Of a stretch of DNA of 64,000 bases, positions 41,222 to 50,558 are shown piece by piece. The notes beneath the pieces were generated by a model that ran no database searches, had not been told where the DNA came from, and was given only the letters and a program-made list of their open reading frames with translations. The translations under genes and the position numbers were made by a program. Origin of the DNA: Verrucomicrobiota bacterium (GTDB taxonomy: Bacteria; Verrucomicrobiota; Verrucomicrobiia; Limisphaerales; Palsa-1400); NCBI GenBank assembly GCA_049510745.1, contig JBEKYR010000009.1, forward strand, positions 83,487 through 147,486, in the 5' to 3' direction. Each line of letters opens with the position of its first letter. Position 1 is the first letter of the stretch.

Positions 41222-42331
41222 TTAATTGCGTTTGTCCAGTGCCGGGCCGCTGTTTCCGCCCGTTTTTGGATTGGGCCGGCCCACCTGGCGCAAGCGCTCG
41301 CGCAACATGTCGGCGCGAAGGAGGTCGCGTTCCTCGGCCGGGAGTTTTTCGGTAAACTGTCTTTGCAAATGGGCCGGCTGGGTGATGACAAACAATTCAT
41401 CGATCAACGCCCGGTCGGCGCCGGCGAACTCGCCCAAATCAACCCCCAGGCGCATCATGGAAAGCAGGTTCATGGTTTCCTTCGAGGTGATGCTGTGGGC
41501 GTTGGCCAGGATGCCATAGGCGCGGCCGGTTTGATTGTAAACGAACTTCGGCTTCTTTTCCAGGAGGGTGGCGCGGGCGTTTTCCTCGTGTTCGATTATC
41601 TGGAGGAGGACTTTGTTTAATCGTTCCACGATGTCCGTCTCGACTTCGCCGAGGGTCATCTGGTTGGAGACCTGGAAAACATTGCCGAGGGCTTCGGTGC
41701 CCTCGCCGTAAAGACCGCGCACGGCCAGCCCCAGTTTGTTGACGGAGGCGATGATCTGGTTGATCTGCTCGGCCAGGACCAGGCCGGGCAGGTGGAGCAT
41801 GGCGCTGACGCGGATGCCGGTGCCCAGATTGGTCGGGCAGGCGGTCAAGTAGCCCAACTCCGGGCCAAAGGCGTAATCGAGTTTGCGTTCCAATTCGGTA
41901 TCGACCTGGTCGATGGCCATCCAGGCCTGGCGCAGTTGGAGGCCGGGGCGGAGGGCCTGCATGCGCAAATGGTCCTCCTCGTTGATCATGACGCAGAGGG
42001 ATTCCTCCTTGTTGAGAATCACGCCGCTGCCGGCGCTCTTGGCCATGTGTTCGCGGCTGATCAGATGCCGCTCGACCAGGATTTGTTTGTCCAAAGGCCC
42101 CAGGTTGTCCATCGTTTCGGAAAAAGCTCCGCTTAACTGCGGCAAACTTTCCACCGCCGGACGGATGATCTCCAAGGCGCGCACCCGTTCGGGCTTCTTG
42201 GCCCATCCGGGAAAAGCCAAGCCCCGCAAATTACGCGCCAGCCGGACGCGGCTGGACATGACAATGCGGTCATGGGGGCCGGAGCGCCGGGCCGTCTCGG
42301 CGGGAGGACTGAGAAATTCGTGAATGGTCAT
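41222..42331 (-). CDS. mcsB: Protein arginine kinase McsB
   Basis: SSRVRLARN, NEEDHLR, CPTNLGTG and RGLYGEG motifs. Confidence 0.95.
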   Translation of the reverse strand: MTIHEFLSPPAETARRSGPHDRIVMSSRVRLARNLRGLAFPGWAKKPERVRALEIIRPAVESLPQLSGAFSETMDNLGPLDKQILVERHLISREHMAKSAGSGVILNKEESLCVMINEEDHLRMQALRPGLQLRQAWMAIDQVDTELERKLDYAFGPELGYLTACPTNLGTGIRVSAMLHLPGLVLAEQINQIIASVNKLGLAVRGLYGEGTEALGNVFQVSNQMTLGEVETDIVERLNKVLLQIIEHEENARATLLEKKPKFVYNQTGRAYGILANAHSITSKETMNLLSMMRLGVDLGEFAGADRALIDELFVITQPAHLQRQFTEKLPAEERDLLRADMLRERLRQVGRPNPKTGGNSGPALDKRN

Positions 42332-42339
42332 GGCGTCGA

Positions 42340-42846
42340 TCAGGGGGCAAGGTGTTCGATTTGGTCCTTGGCGATTTTGATTTCATCGCGCAGGCTGGCC
42401 GCCTGTTCGAAGTCCTCGGCGGTGACGGCCTTCTCCAGTTTCTTCTGCAGATGTTTCAGGCGCTCGTTCAAATCGCGGGATTGGCGCAGGGCCGTGGGCA
42501 CCTTGCCGACGTGTTTGGTGCCCTTGTGCATGGTTTTGAGCAGGCTTTCCAGGCTCTCGGCAAAAGTCACGTAGCATTGCGAGCAGCCCAGGCGGCCGGC
42601 CTTCTTGAAATCGGCCCCCGTAAAGCCGCAGTTGGGACACTTAATGTCCTCGCTGCCCGCGGACTGGGCAATCTCCTGGGAAGCCCCCAGGCCGAGCAAC
42701 AGATCGGCCAGCGAAAAGCCGGCCGGATCGTTGACGCCTTTTTTCTTGGCGCACTCCTCGCACAAGTCCACCTTTTGCATTTTGTCCTCGACAATCTGCG
42801 TCAGGTGAACCTTCGCCGGGTTCTGCTTGCAAATCATGCACAACAT
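42340..42846 (-). CDS. mcsA: McsA activator (CxxC motifs plus UVR domain)
   Basis: Four CxxC motifs, GRLGC, H.G..H.GK.P and EDFEQAA.LRD. Confidence 0.93.
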   Translation of the reverse strand: MLCMICKQNPAKVHLTQIVEDKMQKVDLCEECAKKKGVNDPAGFSLADLLLGLGASQEIAQSAGSEDIKCPNCGFTGADFKKAGRLGCSQCYVTFAESLESLLKTMHKGTKHVGKVPTALRQSRDLNERLKHLQKKLEKAVTAEDFEQAASLRDEIKIAKDQIEHLAP

Positions 42847-42919
42847 ATAAAATCAATTTACCACACCACCGCGAAAATGAGAATGAAATTCGGCTCTCAT
42901 TCCATTTGATCCGCCGCCC

Positions 42920-43786
42920 TTATATCGGCTCGCCGGATGCCTGGGTTAACTCCCGGTATTCGGCCACCAGCTTGCGCGTCACCGCTCCGGGCTTGCCGCT
43001 GCCGATGACGCGGCCGTCAATCTTGACCACCGGGATGATTTCCGCGCCGGTCCCCGTCAAAAAGCACTCGTCGGCGTTGAAAAGGTCGTGCCGGGTCAGG
43101 TTCGGTTCTCCCACCTGCAACCCGTCCGCCTGGGCCAACGCCAGGACCACGCCGCGGGTGATGCCGTAGAGCGCGCCGGCCGAGAGCGGCGGCGTCAACA
43201 GGTGGCCGGCCTTGACGATGAAGAGGTTGTCCCCGGTGCATTCGGCGACAAACCCCTCGGCGTTGAGCATGATCGCCTCCTCGCAACCGCCGTTGAGCGC
43301 CTCGATTTTGGCCAGGATGTTGTTGAGGTAATTGAGCGATTTGATGGCCGGGTTCAAGGCGCTGTGCAGGTTGCGCGTCGTCGCCACCGTGATGATGTCC
43401 AGCCCCCGTTCGTACAACTGCGGGGGATAAAGCTGGATTTTGTCGGCGATAATAATGACCGAGGGCCGCCGGCATTTGAAGGGGTTCAGTCCCAGCGTGC
43501 CGGCGCCGCGGGTGACGACCAGCCGGATATAGCCGTCGCGCAGCTTGTTTTTGCGGCAGGTCTGGACGACGGCCCGGGTCAAATCGGCCGGCGACATCGG
43601 GATTTTCAGGAGGATGGACTTGGCGGAACAAAACAGGCGCTCGATATGTTCCGCCAGCTTGAAGACCCGGCCATGGTAGGCCCGGATGCCTTCAAACACG
43701 CCGTCGCCATAAAGCAGGCCGTGGTCGAAGACCGAAACCTTGGCCTTGGTCTCGTCATAGTACTTGCCGTCGATATAGATTTTCAT
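42920..43786 (-). CDS. ilvE: Branched-chain amino acid aminotransferase
   Basis: DHGLLYGDGVFEGIR, KSLNY, GITR and TGTGAE motifs. Confidence 0.93.
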   Translation of the reverse strand: MKIYIDGKYYDETKAKVSVFDHGLLYGDGVFEGIRAYHGRVFKLAEHIERLFCSAKSILLKIPMSPADLTRAVVQTCRKNKLRDGYIRLVVTRGAGTLGLNPFKCRRPSVIIIADKIQLYPPQLYERGLDIITVATTRNLHSALNPAIKSLNYLNNILAKIEALNGGCEEAIMLNAEGFVAECTGDNLFIVKAGHLLTPPLSAGALYGITRGVVLALAQADGLQVGEPNLTRHDLFNADECFLTGTGAEIIPVVKIDGRVIGSGKPGAVTRKLVAEYRELTQASGEPI

Positions 43787-43816
43787 CGCTGTAATCCGAC
43801 GGAACCTACGGTTTCA

Positions 43817-43978
43817 GGGGCCAAGGGGCAAGGATGAAGTCAGAAGGAAGAAGGAGGAAGTTCCGGGCTTGACCAGCCTTGACTGGGCTTGACCAAAGGA
43901 GATCTCTGAAAGGCCATTGAAAATTGGGAATTGAAAATCGAAAATTGGCGATTGAAGAGTTCTTGACTGGGGGAGGGG
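43817..43978. repeat. Intergenic short-period repeat mosaic
   Basis: CTTGAC three times with 10-bp period (43868-43893); six TTGRRAA-type heptamers (43917-43958); G-tract gggggagggg. Confidence 0.75.
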
Positions 43979-43984
43979 CGACGG

Positions 43985-44458
43985 TCACGGCAGGCTCCTT
44001 TCGTGGAGAAAGCAGATCAGGCTTTCCCGCGAGATTTCATACGATCTGCGGCCGACGTCGGCCAGGACCCGCCAGCGGATGAGGTTGTAGATGTGGTCGT
44101 AATCACACTGCATCATCCAGGCGACTTCCGCCGGCTCATAGGCGGGCTTGTCGGCGGGAAAGGTGGCGTCGAGAAACTCCGGCAGTCCGGGGAAGGGCGG
44201 AGCGCCGGAGCGGAAACCCAGGACGGAGGCGGTGGACAAACGGACGCAGGCGCGGCGGACGCCGGGGCGGGCGATGTTGAAGGCGAAGGGCAGGCTGCCG
44301 TCCTGGATGCGGGCGGCGATGCGCTGCTCGCTGCAGTTGAGCAGGGAAGCGGCGACCCAGACGGAAACGAAGGGCCGTTTGATCCTGACCTGGGCGCGGC
44401 CCGCCAGCCAGGGGCGCCTGTCCCGTTCCACCAACCGATCACTGGCGAGCAGTGTCAT
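43985..44458 (-). CDS. Tandem excisionase-like HTH protein
   Basis: VSVWVAASLLNCSEQRIAARIQDGSL and AEVAWMMQCDYDHIYNLIR...YEISRESL..FL; purine-rich RBS-like agaggg before ATG 44458. Confidence 0.55.
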   Translation of the reverse strand: MTLLASDRLVERDRRPWLAGRAQVRIKRPFVSVWVAASLLNCSEQRIAARIQDGSLPFAFNIARPGVRRACVRLSTASVLGFRSGAPPFPGLPEFLDATFPADKPAYEPAEVAWMMQCDYDHIYNLIRWRVLADVGRRSYEISRESLICFLHERSLP

Positions 44459-44539
44459 CCCTCTATGTACTCCCACATACATGTGTCCTTTGCAAGATTT
44501 ATTTTGCACTTTCCTGTGGGATGGCTATTCTGCCCGCCT

Positions 44540-45385
44540 ATGCCAAACAAAAGTGGAAGAGTCACGGCACGCGAACGAGACATCGGCGAAAGAGCCAGGC
44601 GCTTTCGCGAGAGCATCAACTGGCCGCAGTCGGCCATGGCCCCGGAGGTGGACCTGACGCGCGACCGGCTGGCCAGCGTCGAATACGGCCGCACGCCCTT
44701 GCGCTACCCCGCCGGTTACCGCCTGTGTTTCATCTTTGACGTCAATCCCCACTGGCTGGCCGACGGCGAAGGGGAGATGAAGGCGGCGGCAGGGGCGCTG
44801 GAATTGCCCACGCCCGAAAGCCAGCCGCGCCGGGCGCTGTTCAGCGAAATCTGGGACAAGGTGCGGCAAAAGCAACTGCCGTCGCGGGCGGAACCGCGGG
44901 GCCGCCGCAAGAAAGCTCCAGCCGGGGAGTTGATCCCGAAATTCGACGCGACCGGGCACGTGGTCGGTTTTTTGGCCGATTTGTTTGCCAGGGAGAAATT
45001 CCGCTCGCCGCTCGAGCGGCAGGAGTTCGCCCTGGAAATCACGGCTTACGCCCACAACCTGGCGTTGCGTCTGCGCCGGGCTTCGACCCAGGAACTGCAC
45101 GTGGCGTCGTCGCGCGGCCGCAGCGCGGCCACCCCGGCCCGGAGTGACCGGATGACGCCGGTGTTGCGCGAGGTCGTGCAACGGCTGCAGCAGGAGTTGG
45201 CCAAGCTCAACCGCGCCATCGAGACGCTCAACCCCGTGGCCGTCAACCCGGCCTTTCTGCCCCGCCCGGCGGCGGCGGAGGTCGCCCGGCTGCAGGAGGC
45301 GATCGAGAAGATTGCCGCGCAGATCGAAGACGCCGAGGGGAGAATCAAAATGCTGGTGACGGGAAAAACCGTGGCCGGACCGTAG
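44540..45385 (+). CDS. XRE-family HTH regulator with coiled-coil C-terminus
   Basis: IGERARRFRESINWPQSAMA...LTRDRLASVEYGRTP...FDVNPHWLADGEGEM repressor-like N-terminus; start trimmed to 44540. Confidence 0.75.
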   Translation: MPNKSGRVTARERDIGERARRFRESINWPQSAMAPEVDLTRDRLASVEYGRTPLRYPAGYRLCFIFDVNPHWLADGEGEMKAAAGALELPTPESQPRRALFSEIWDKVRQKQLPSRAEPRGRRKKAPAGELIPKFDATGHVVGFLADLFAREKFRSPLERQEFALEITAYAHNLALRLRRASTQELHVASSRGRSAATPARSDRMTPVLREVVQRLQQELAKLNRAIETLNPVAVNPAFLPRPAAAEVARLQEAIEKIAAQIEDAEGRIKMLVTGKTVAGP

Positions 45386-45406
45386 CGCGTCGGCCGCCCC
45401 TCGCGG

Positions 45407-48400
45407 TCATTCCAGCGAAAAGTTGGCGCGCGCTTCGCCTTTGACGGATCGATTGATCGGTTTCGGAGCAACGATGGCGACGCGGTCCGCCGGGATTTTG
45501 CCCGACTCCAGCAAGAGCGTCTGCACGGCGCGGGCGCGCGCCTGCATGAGTTCGCGCAAATCGTCGTCGCTCACGCGGATGTCCGCGAGCAACCGCTCTT
45601 CCATGCGCCCCACCTCAGCCGCCTCCGCCGTGGACGGCCCCGGGCCGGGCGCAGCGGAAGCGGGCGTGGCGGCGGAGGCGATGGACTTGGCCTCCCGAAA
45701 CGCCGCCGAAGCCCGCCGCATCAGCAACTCGCCCCCCTTTACGAAATCGTGATGCACCAGGACCGGAATGGAGACCAATTGCGGCCGCGGACCCGCGGGC
45801 ACGATGGTGGCCCGTTTGGGCGGCACTGCGGCAACGCTTGCAGGCGCAGGCGCGAGGTCATTGGTGCCGAAGGTTTGCACGTAAAGCGCCTGGAGCAGAC
45901 GCGGGTAGTCCGCCGGTTCGACGTGAATGGCCTCGACGGCCGGGACCGCGTTGGTGGCGGCCGCCAATTCCCTGGCGCGCAAATCCTGGACGCGCCGCTG
46001 CAACTGGAGGCGCGCCAATGCCGCGGTGTCGGCGGACGGGTCGGCCGCGCCGGCGATTTCGAGGTTGACGGTGGGCCGCTCGTAGAGGGCGGCTTCCAAT
46101 TTGCGGATTTTTGCCTGCTCGTCCGGGGTGAGAACGGAGCTGCCGGGCGCAAAATCCACGTAACTCAGTTCCTCGCCTTTGCCGCCAACAATCGCCCCCA
46201 GCAAGGAGAATGGAGACGTCGCCGCCTTGACCAGATTATTGAGGATGACCTGCCAGACAATGGGCGCGACCCGGAAATTCGGGTCGTCCAGGCTGCCCGA
46301 GATCGGCACGTCAAGTATAATGTTTCCGTTGCGGTCTTTCAGCAGGGCCACACCCAGCTTCACCGGCAGATGGGTGGCGTCGGGGCTGTTGTTTTTCGGA
46401 CCCAGGGTCAAATCGGCCACAACGATCTTGTTGGTGGCGCTCAACGCGCGCCGGGCGACGCCGTAATGCAGGTCGAGCAGCAGCTTTCCCTTTTTGAGCG
46501 GGTGGCCGCCGTATTTCTCCATGTAGGCGGTGAACGCGGCCAGGTCGATGTTTTTGCACGACACTGCCAAGTCGAGAGAAATATCCCTGGACAGCGGATC
46601 CACCGTGCCGGTGACGGAAAACGGGGAGAATTGGCCCAACCGCCCGTGCAGGTCCACCGTGGCCGGCCCTTTCGGCTGGGACGAGATGTCTTGCACGGAG
46701 CCGCTGACCTCCTGCGCGTCGAGGGCGAGGTTCGGCTCGATGGAGCGATCCAAAACATGCAAGGCCGCCCGGTCCAGCGCCAGCGTGCCCAGCGCGATGG
46801 GAAAGGCGCCGAGGGCGTTGGAGGAGGCGGCCGCCGCGCCCGCCGGCTTTGGCGGAAGGAGAGTCAGAACATTGATCTGGCGGTTGGTCCCAGCCAGCAG
46901 AATCAGCACCGTGGCGTCGAGACCTGTCAACCGAATTTCCCGGACTTGAATTTTGTCCGGCTGCAAGGCGAAGTCGATGCCCTTGACGGCCAGCGCGTCG
47001 ATTTTGACGAAGTCGATGCCGTTGACCGGGTCGGTCGTGGCCAGATTGGTCACGGAAACATCCCCGGTAAAGGTGGCCATAGGCGCGGCGGGGCCGGCGG
47101 CGTAATGGGCCTTGCCGCGCGCCTGGAGTTGGCCGCCCGTGATCCCGACGTTGGCCTGCTCCGCCAGATAGGGCTGGAAGGGCGCCAAGTCCAGGCGCGC
47201 CAGGTCCAGGGTGATGTCCGCGGAGAGCGGCGCCAGCGTGGCCGTTCCAGTAATTGACAGTGTTCCCTCTCCGTTCAAGCGCATTTTCGAGGTCAGGGCA
47301 ATGGGCGCGGTCAGGGCGGAATTGAAGCCGGTGATGGTAAAAGACAGGTCGCGGGCGTCGATCTTGGCCGGGCGGGCGGGCTTCCGGTCCTCGATTTGCG
47401 CGGCGTAACTGTCGAAGGCGATCTCATCGACCTGCGCCGTCCAGGGCGCGGCGTTGGTCGGCGGCGGTTTGGCGGGAGCGGGCTGTTCCTTAAGCAAGGC
47501 CAGGAGATTGATCGTGCCGTCGTGATTCTGCCTCACGACGAGCGAGCCGCCGGAGGATTTGACGGAACGGACGCGCGCCGACTTCTTGGCGAGGCTGGCT
47601 TCCGCCTGATCGACAGTCAGCTTGGGGATGGAAACGACGGTCTCGGGGGAATCCGGCGCTCGGAGTTGGAACCCGGCCAATTGCGCGACGCCGTTAGTCA
47701 CGGCGGCATCCAGACCCTTGGCTCCGAGGGCGAACTGATAATCCGCGCCGGCGTCGAGCTTGCCGTCGAGAATCTCGGCCGTGGTGAAATCGGCCAGGTA
47801 AGGCGCGTATCTCTTCAAGGCCAGGCCGGTGAGTTGGACCCGGCCGGAAGATTGCGGCGGCTGCACGGCGATCCGGCCCGAAGCGGTGATGCTCTCGCCC
47901 GCGTCGGTCAGGGCGGAAAAGGTGAAAGGGGCGCTGGCGTTGGAGCGGGTGGAGAATTGTGTCACCTGCAAATTGATCGGCGCCAGCTTGTCGTGGAACG
48001 GGGCCGCGACCGCCAAATCGTCCAGCGTCACAGCCGCGCCGTCAACCCGCAAGGTTTCCACCACGACCGCCGGCAAGGGCGGGGAGGGAGCGTTGGCGGG
48101 GGCGTTGGAGGGGCTATTCTGGAGCAGATTGTCGAAATTGAACGAGCCGTCCTTGCGCCGCGTGATCTGCGCGACAGGATGCGTCACGGTGACATCCTTG
48201 AAAACCCAGGCGCGGGCGAAGAGAGACGAAAGGGCCTGGAATTGGACGTGCAACTGATCGAAACCGGCGAAGACCGCGCCGTTGGTTTCCACCAGGGAAA
48301 GTCCGCCGACGGTGAGCGCGAAGGTGAAGGGATTGACCGCGACCTCGCGCACCGCGGCTTGGCGCTGGGTGAGGGGCGGCAGGCGCTTGACCATTTGCGA

Positions 48401-48520
48401 TTTGATAATGGCGGGCACGACGAAAAAGCCCGTCAACGTGTAGGCCAGCGCGGCGGAAGCGGACCAAATTAAAATTTTGACCGAGCGTGGAAGCCCTGGT
48501 CGTTTCGGGGTGTCGCTCAT
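45407..48520 (-). CDS. DUF748 domain (AsmA-like) envelope protein
   Basis: N-terminal anchor and NPF motif, repeated beta-rich domains, LPVKLGVALLKDRNGNIILDVPISGSLDDP. Confidence 0.85.
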   Translation of the reverse strand: MSDTPKRPGLPRSVKILIWSASAALAYTLTGFFVVPAIIKSQMVKRLPPLTQRQAAVREVAVNPFTFALTVGGLSLVETNGAVFAGFDQLHVQFQALSSLFARAWVFKDVTVTHPVAQITRRKDGSFNFDNLLQNSPSNAPANAPSPPLPAVVVETLRVDGAAVTLDDLAVAAPFHDKLAPINLQVTQFSTRSNASAPFTFSALTDAGESITASGRIAVQPPQSSGRVQLTGLALKRYAPYLADFTTAEILDGKLDAGADYQFALGAKGLDAAVTNGVAQLAGFQLRAPDSPETVVSIPKLTVDQAEASLAKKSARVRSVKSSGGSLVVRQNHDGTINLLALLKEQPAPAKPPPTNAAPWTAQVDEIAFDSYAAQIEDRKPARPAKIDARDLSFTITGFNSALTAPIALTSKMRLNGEGTLSITGTATLAPLSADITLDLARLDLAPFQPYLAEQANVGITGGQLQARGKAHYAAGPAAPMATFTGDVSVTNLATTDPVNGIDFVKIDALAVKGIDFALQPDKIQVREIRLTGLDATVLILLAGTNRQINVLTLLPPKPAGAAAASSNALGAFPIALGTLALDRAALHVLDRSIEPNLALDAQEVSGSVQDISSQPKGPATVDLHGRLGQFSPFSVTGTVDPLSRDISLDLAVSCKNIDLAAFTAYMEKYGGHPLKKGKLLLDLHYGVARRALSATNKIVVADLTLGPKNNSPDATHLPVKLGVALLKDRNGNIILDVPISGSLDDPNFRVAPIVWQVILNNLVKAATSPFSLLGAIVGGKGEELSYVDFAPGSSVLTPDEQAKIRKLEAALYERPTVNLEIAGAADPSADTAALARLQLQRRVQDLRARELAAATNAVPAVEAIHVEPADYPRLLQALYVQTFGTNDLAPAPASVAAVPPKRATIVPAGPRPQLVSIPVLVHHDFVKGGELLMRRASAAFREAKSIASAATPASAAPGPGPSTAEAAEVGRMEERLLADIRVSDDDLRELMQARARAVQTLLLESGKIPADRVAIVAPKPINRSVKGEARANFSLE

Positions 48521-48650
48521 AATGACCGAATGAGGATCGTTTGCACGTTGTGACCGGGCATTACTCTGCGGCTTGCGGCGCGGCGCGCAAGCCTAAAAAT
48601 TGCGGCCAAATCACCGGCCCGAATCCTGCGCGCCGGCTTGATTTGAAGAC

Positions 48651-48678
48651 TTGCCACCGAAAGCGAAGATGGTAAAGT
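48651..48678 (+). promoter_or_regulatory. tRNA promoter
   Basis: TTGCCA-N16-TAAAGT ending 12 nt before the tRNA. Confidence 0.55.
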
Positions 48679-48690
48679 GGGCAACGGAAC

Positions 48691-48764
48691 GCGGGTGTGG
48701 TTCAATGGTAGAATGCGGGCTTCCCAAGCCTGAGACGAGGGTTCGATTCCCTTCACCCGCTCCA
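48691..48764 (+). tRNA. tRNA-Gly (CCC)
   Basis: Acceptor stem GCGGGTG/CACCCGC, anticodon loop TT-CCC-AA, T-loop GTTCGATTC, discriminator T and encoded CCA. Confidence 0.97.
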
Positions 48765-48829
48765 ACAGCCACAAGGACTTACGCATATTCCTTCGCTTTT
48801 AGTGCCGGTTTAGTGCCAAACTTTCAATT

Positions 48830-50203
48830 ATGGCGGCAATCAGACAACAGCCGAAGGGAACCCGTCGCAAACCGGCGAGGCGCCCTTCATTCGATGTAAA
48901 ACGCGATTCCGTGCGGGTGCATGTGCGCTTCAGCCCGCAGAAGATCGGTCGTTACTGGTACGAATCTTGGATAGTCGAATATTCCTTCCGCGGCCAGCGA
49001 ATTCGTGAACGGTGCAGCACCGAGCGAAAGGCCAAGACGTGCGCCGATGTCGCAGCCACCAAATTGGCTCACGGCCAGATGGAGGCTCTCGAGCTCCGAG
49101 GTTCTGACCGCCGCATTTATTTGGCGGCTACGGCGCACTTGAGGCCCCTGAAAATTCGCCTTGACGTTGCCGCGCGCGAATATGCGGACGCCAAAAAAAT
49201 AGTCAAGAACGCTGACCTTCGGACGGTGGCTCATTTTTATCAAAAGTTCGGACGCACACAACTCAAGCCCATCACAGTTCCCGAATTGGTTGAAGAAATG
49301 GCAACGGCGCTCGAGCTGGACAAGCGCGGGGATTACCACGTGCGCGATCTGCGGACTCGATTGGGACGATTTGCCAAGGATTTCCCAGGTCAGATCGCGG
49401 AGATCGTGACCGAAGAAATTGAAACGTGGTTACGGCAATTGACATCGTTGGCGAAAGGAACTCGCTGCGGTGGAAAGCCCAAAGGCCGAACAAGGAACAA
49501 CTACCGCAATGCGATTGTCGAGTTGTTTCATTATGCGCGTAAGCACGGTTATTTGCCCAGGGATTTGGCGACAGAGGCCGACGCCGTCAATCGCGTGTCC
49601 GAGGCCGATAAGGCGGAAAATCAGATCTTCGAGCCGGATCAGATGGATGATCTGCTCTCAGAATCACCGGTACATTTGGTGCCTTCAATGGCGATCAAAG
49701 CGTTTAGCGGTGTGCGCACAGAGGAAATCTTCTTAATGGAATGGGAACACGTTCATTTCCGTCGCGGAAAAGGCTACATCATTCTCCCGCGTCCCGTAAC
49801 GAAGAAGAAGCGCCGGCGCATCCTGCCGATTCTGCCCAATCTTCGAAAGTGGATTGCACCGTTTGAAGGGATGAAAGGACGCATTTGCCAGCAGTGGTCA
49901 ACGCCTCAGGGAGTATTCCAAGCATGGGACCGGTTTGCCGCGAAACGGAGTATCAAGGCGGGGGCAAACCGATTTCGCAACAGCTACATTTCGTACAGGG
50001 TCGCTCAAACATCAGATCCCAAGAAGACCGCATTGGAAACGGGCAATTCGGCTGAAGTGATTATGGAGGACTACCTGGAACTGACCACTCCCGAGGACGC
50101 GGCGCGATGGTTCAAGATCACTCCCTCTGCCAATCGTCTTGAGGCTCTCGCGAAACACGCCAACAAACTAAAGCGTGCTCAAGCAGGCACACGCATTGAT
50201 TAA
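48830..50203 (+). CDS. Tyrosine recombinase/integrase
   Basis: FSGVRTEEI (R296), TKKKRRR, NRFRNSYISY (R383) and GNSAEVIMEDY (Y415). Confidence 0.9.
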   Translation: MAAIRQQPKGTRRKPARRPSFDVKRDSVRVHVRFSPQKIGRYWYESWIVEYSFRGQRIRERCSTERKAKTCADVAATKLAHGQMEALELRGSDRRIYLAATAHLRPLKIRLDVAAREYADAKKIVKNADLRTVAHFYQKFGRTQLKPITVPELVEEMATALELDKRGDYHVRDLRTRLGRFAKDFPGQIAEIVTEEIETWLRQLTSLAKGTRCGGKPKGRTRNNYRNAIVELFHYARKHGYLPRDLATEADAVNRVSEADKAENQIFEPDQMDDLLSESPVHLVPSMAIKAFSGVRTEEIFLMEWEHVHFRRGKGYIILPRPVTKKKRRRILPILPNLRKWIAPFEGMKGRICQQWSTPQGVFQAWDRFAAKRSIKAGANRFRNSYISYRVAQTSDPKKTALETGNSAEVIMEDYLELTTPEDAARWFKITPSANRLEALAKHANKLKRAQAGTRID

Positions 50204-50468
50204 ACAACAGGAAGCTGAAGCAACCGATGAGAATGTCCGGCTGGGAGTGACGATCGAAGGCATGCAAATTTCGCCTCTCGATTTCTCATCACTCTGGCCG
50301 GTACCCTCCAATGGAAGTTGCGCACCACCCTGACAACATTTGCGCCGCGATGCAGGTCAGGATCAGCTCTTCCGCTGACATATAATGAATCCTGGCGACG
50401 CGATCGATCCAGGAGGGGTGCCCAGCACACCTTCGCCATCCGGGGGGACAGGTTAGGTTAACCCTTTT

Positions 50469-50558
50469 TTGAACAAAGCCCCTGCGCGGGGACGCAACCC
50501 GCGCAGCCGTTCAAGGGTGGCTGCGCGGGTTGCGTCCCCGCGCAGGGGCTTTGTTCAA
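50469..50558. repeat. Perfect inverted repeat, 40-bp arms, 10-nt spacer
   Basis: TTGAACAAAGCCCCTGCGCGGGGACGCAACCCGCGCAGCC-gttcaagggt-exact reverse complement. Confidence 0.95.

Noticed and set aside
44003..44539. N-terminal extension of the 460-aa ORF
   Set aside because: Antisense to the HTH gene; the XRE domain and promoter point to ATG 44540
48517..48899. Small ORFs overlapping the tRNA
   Set aside because: Translations of the tRNA gene and its promoter
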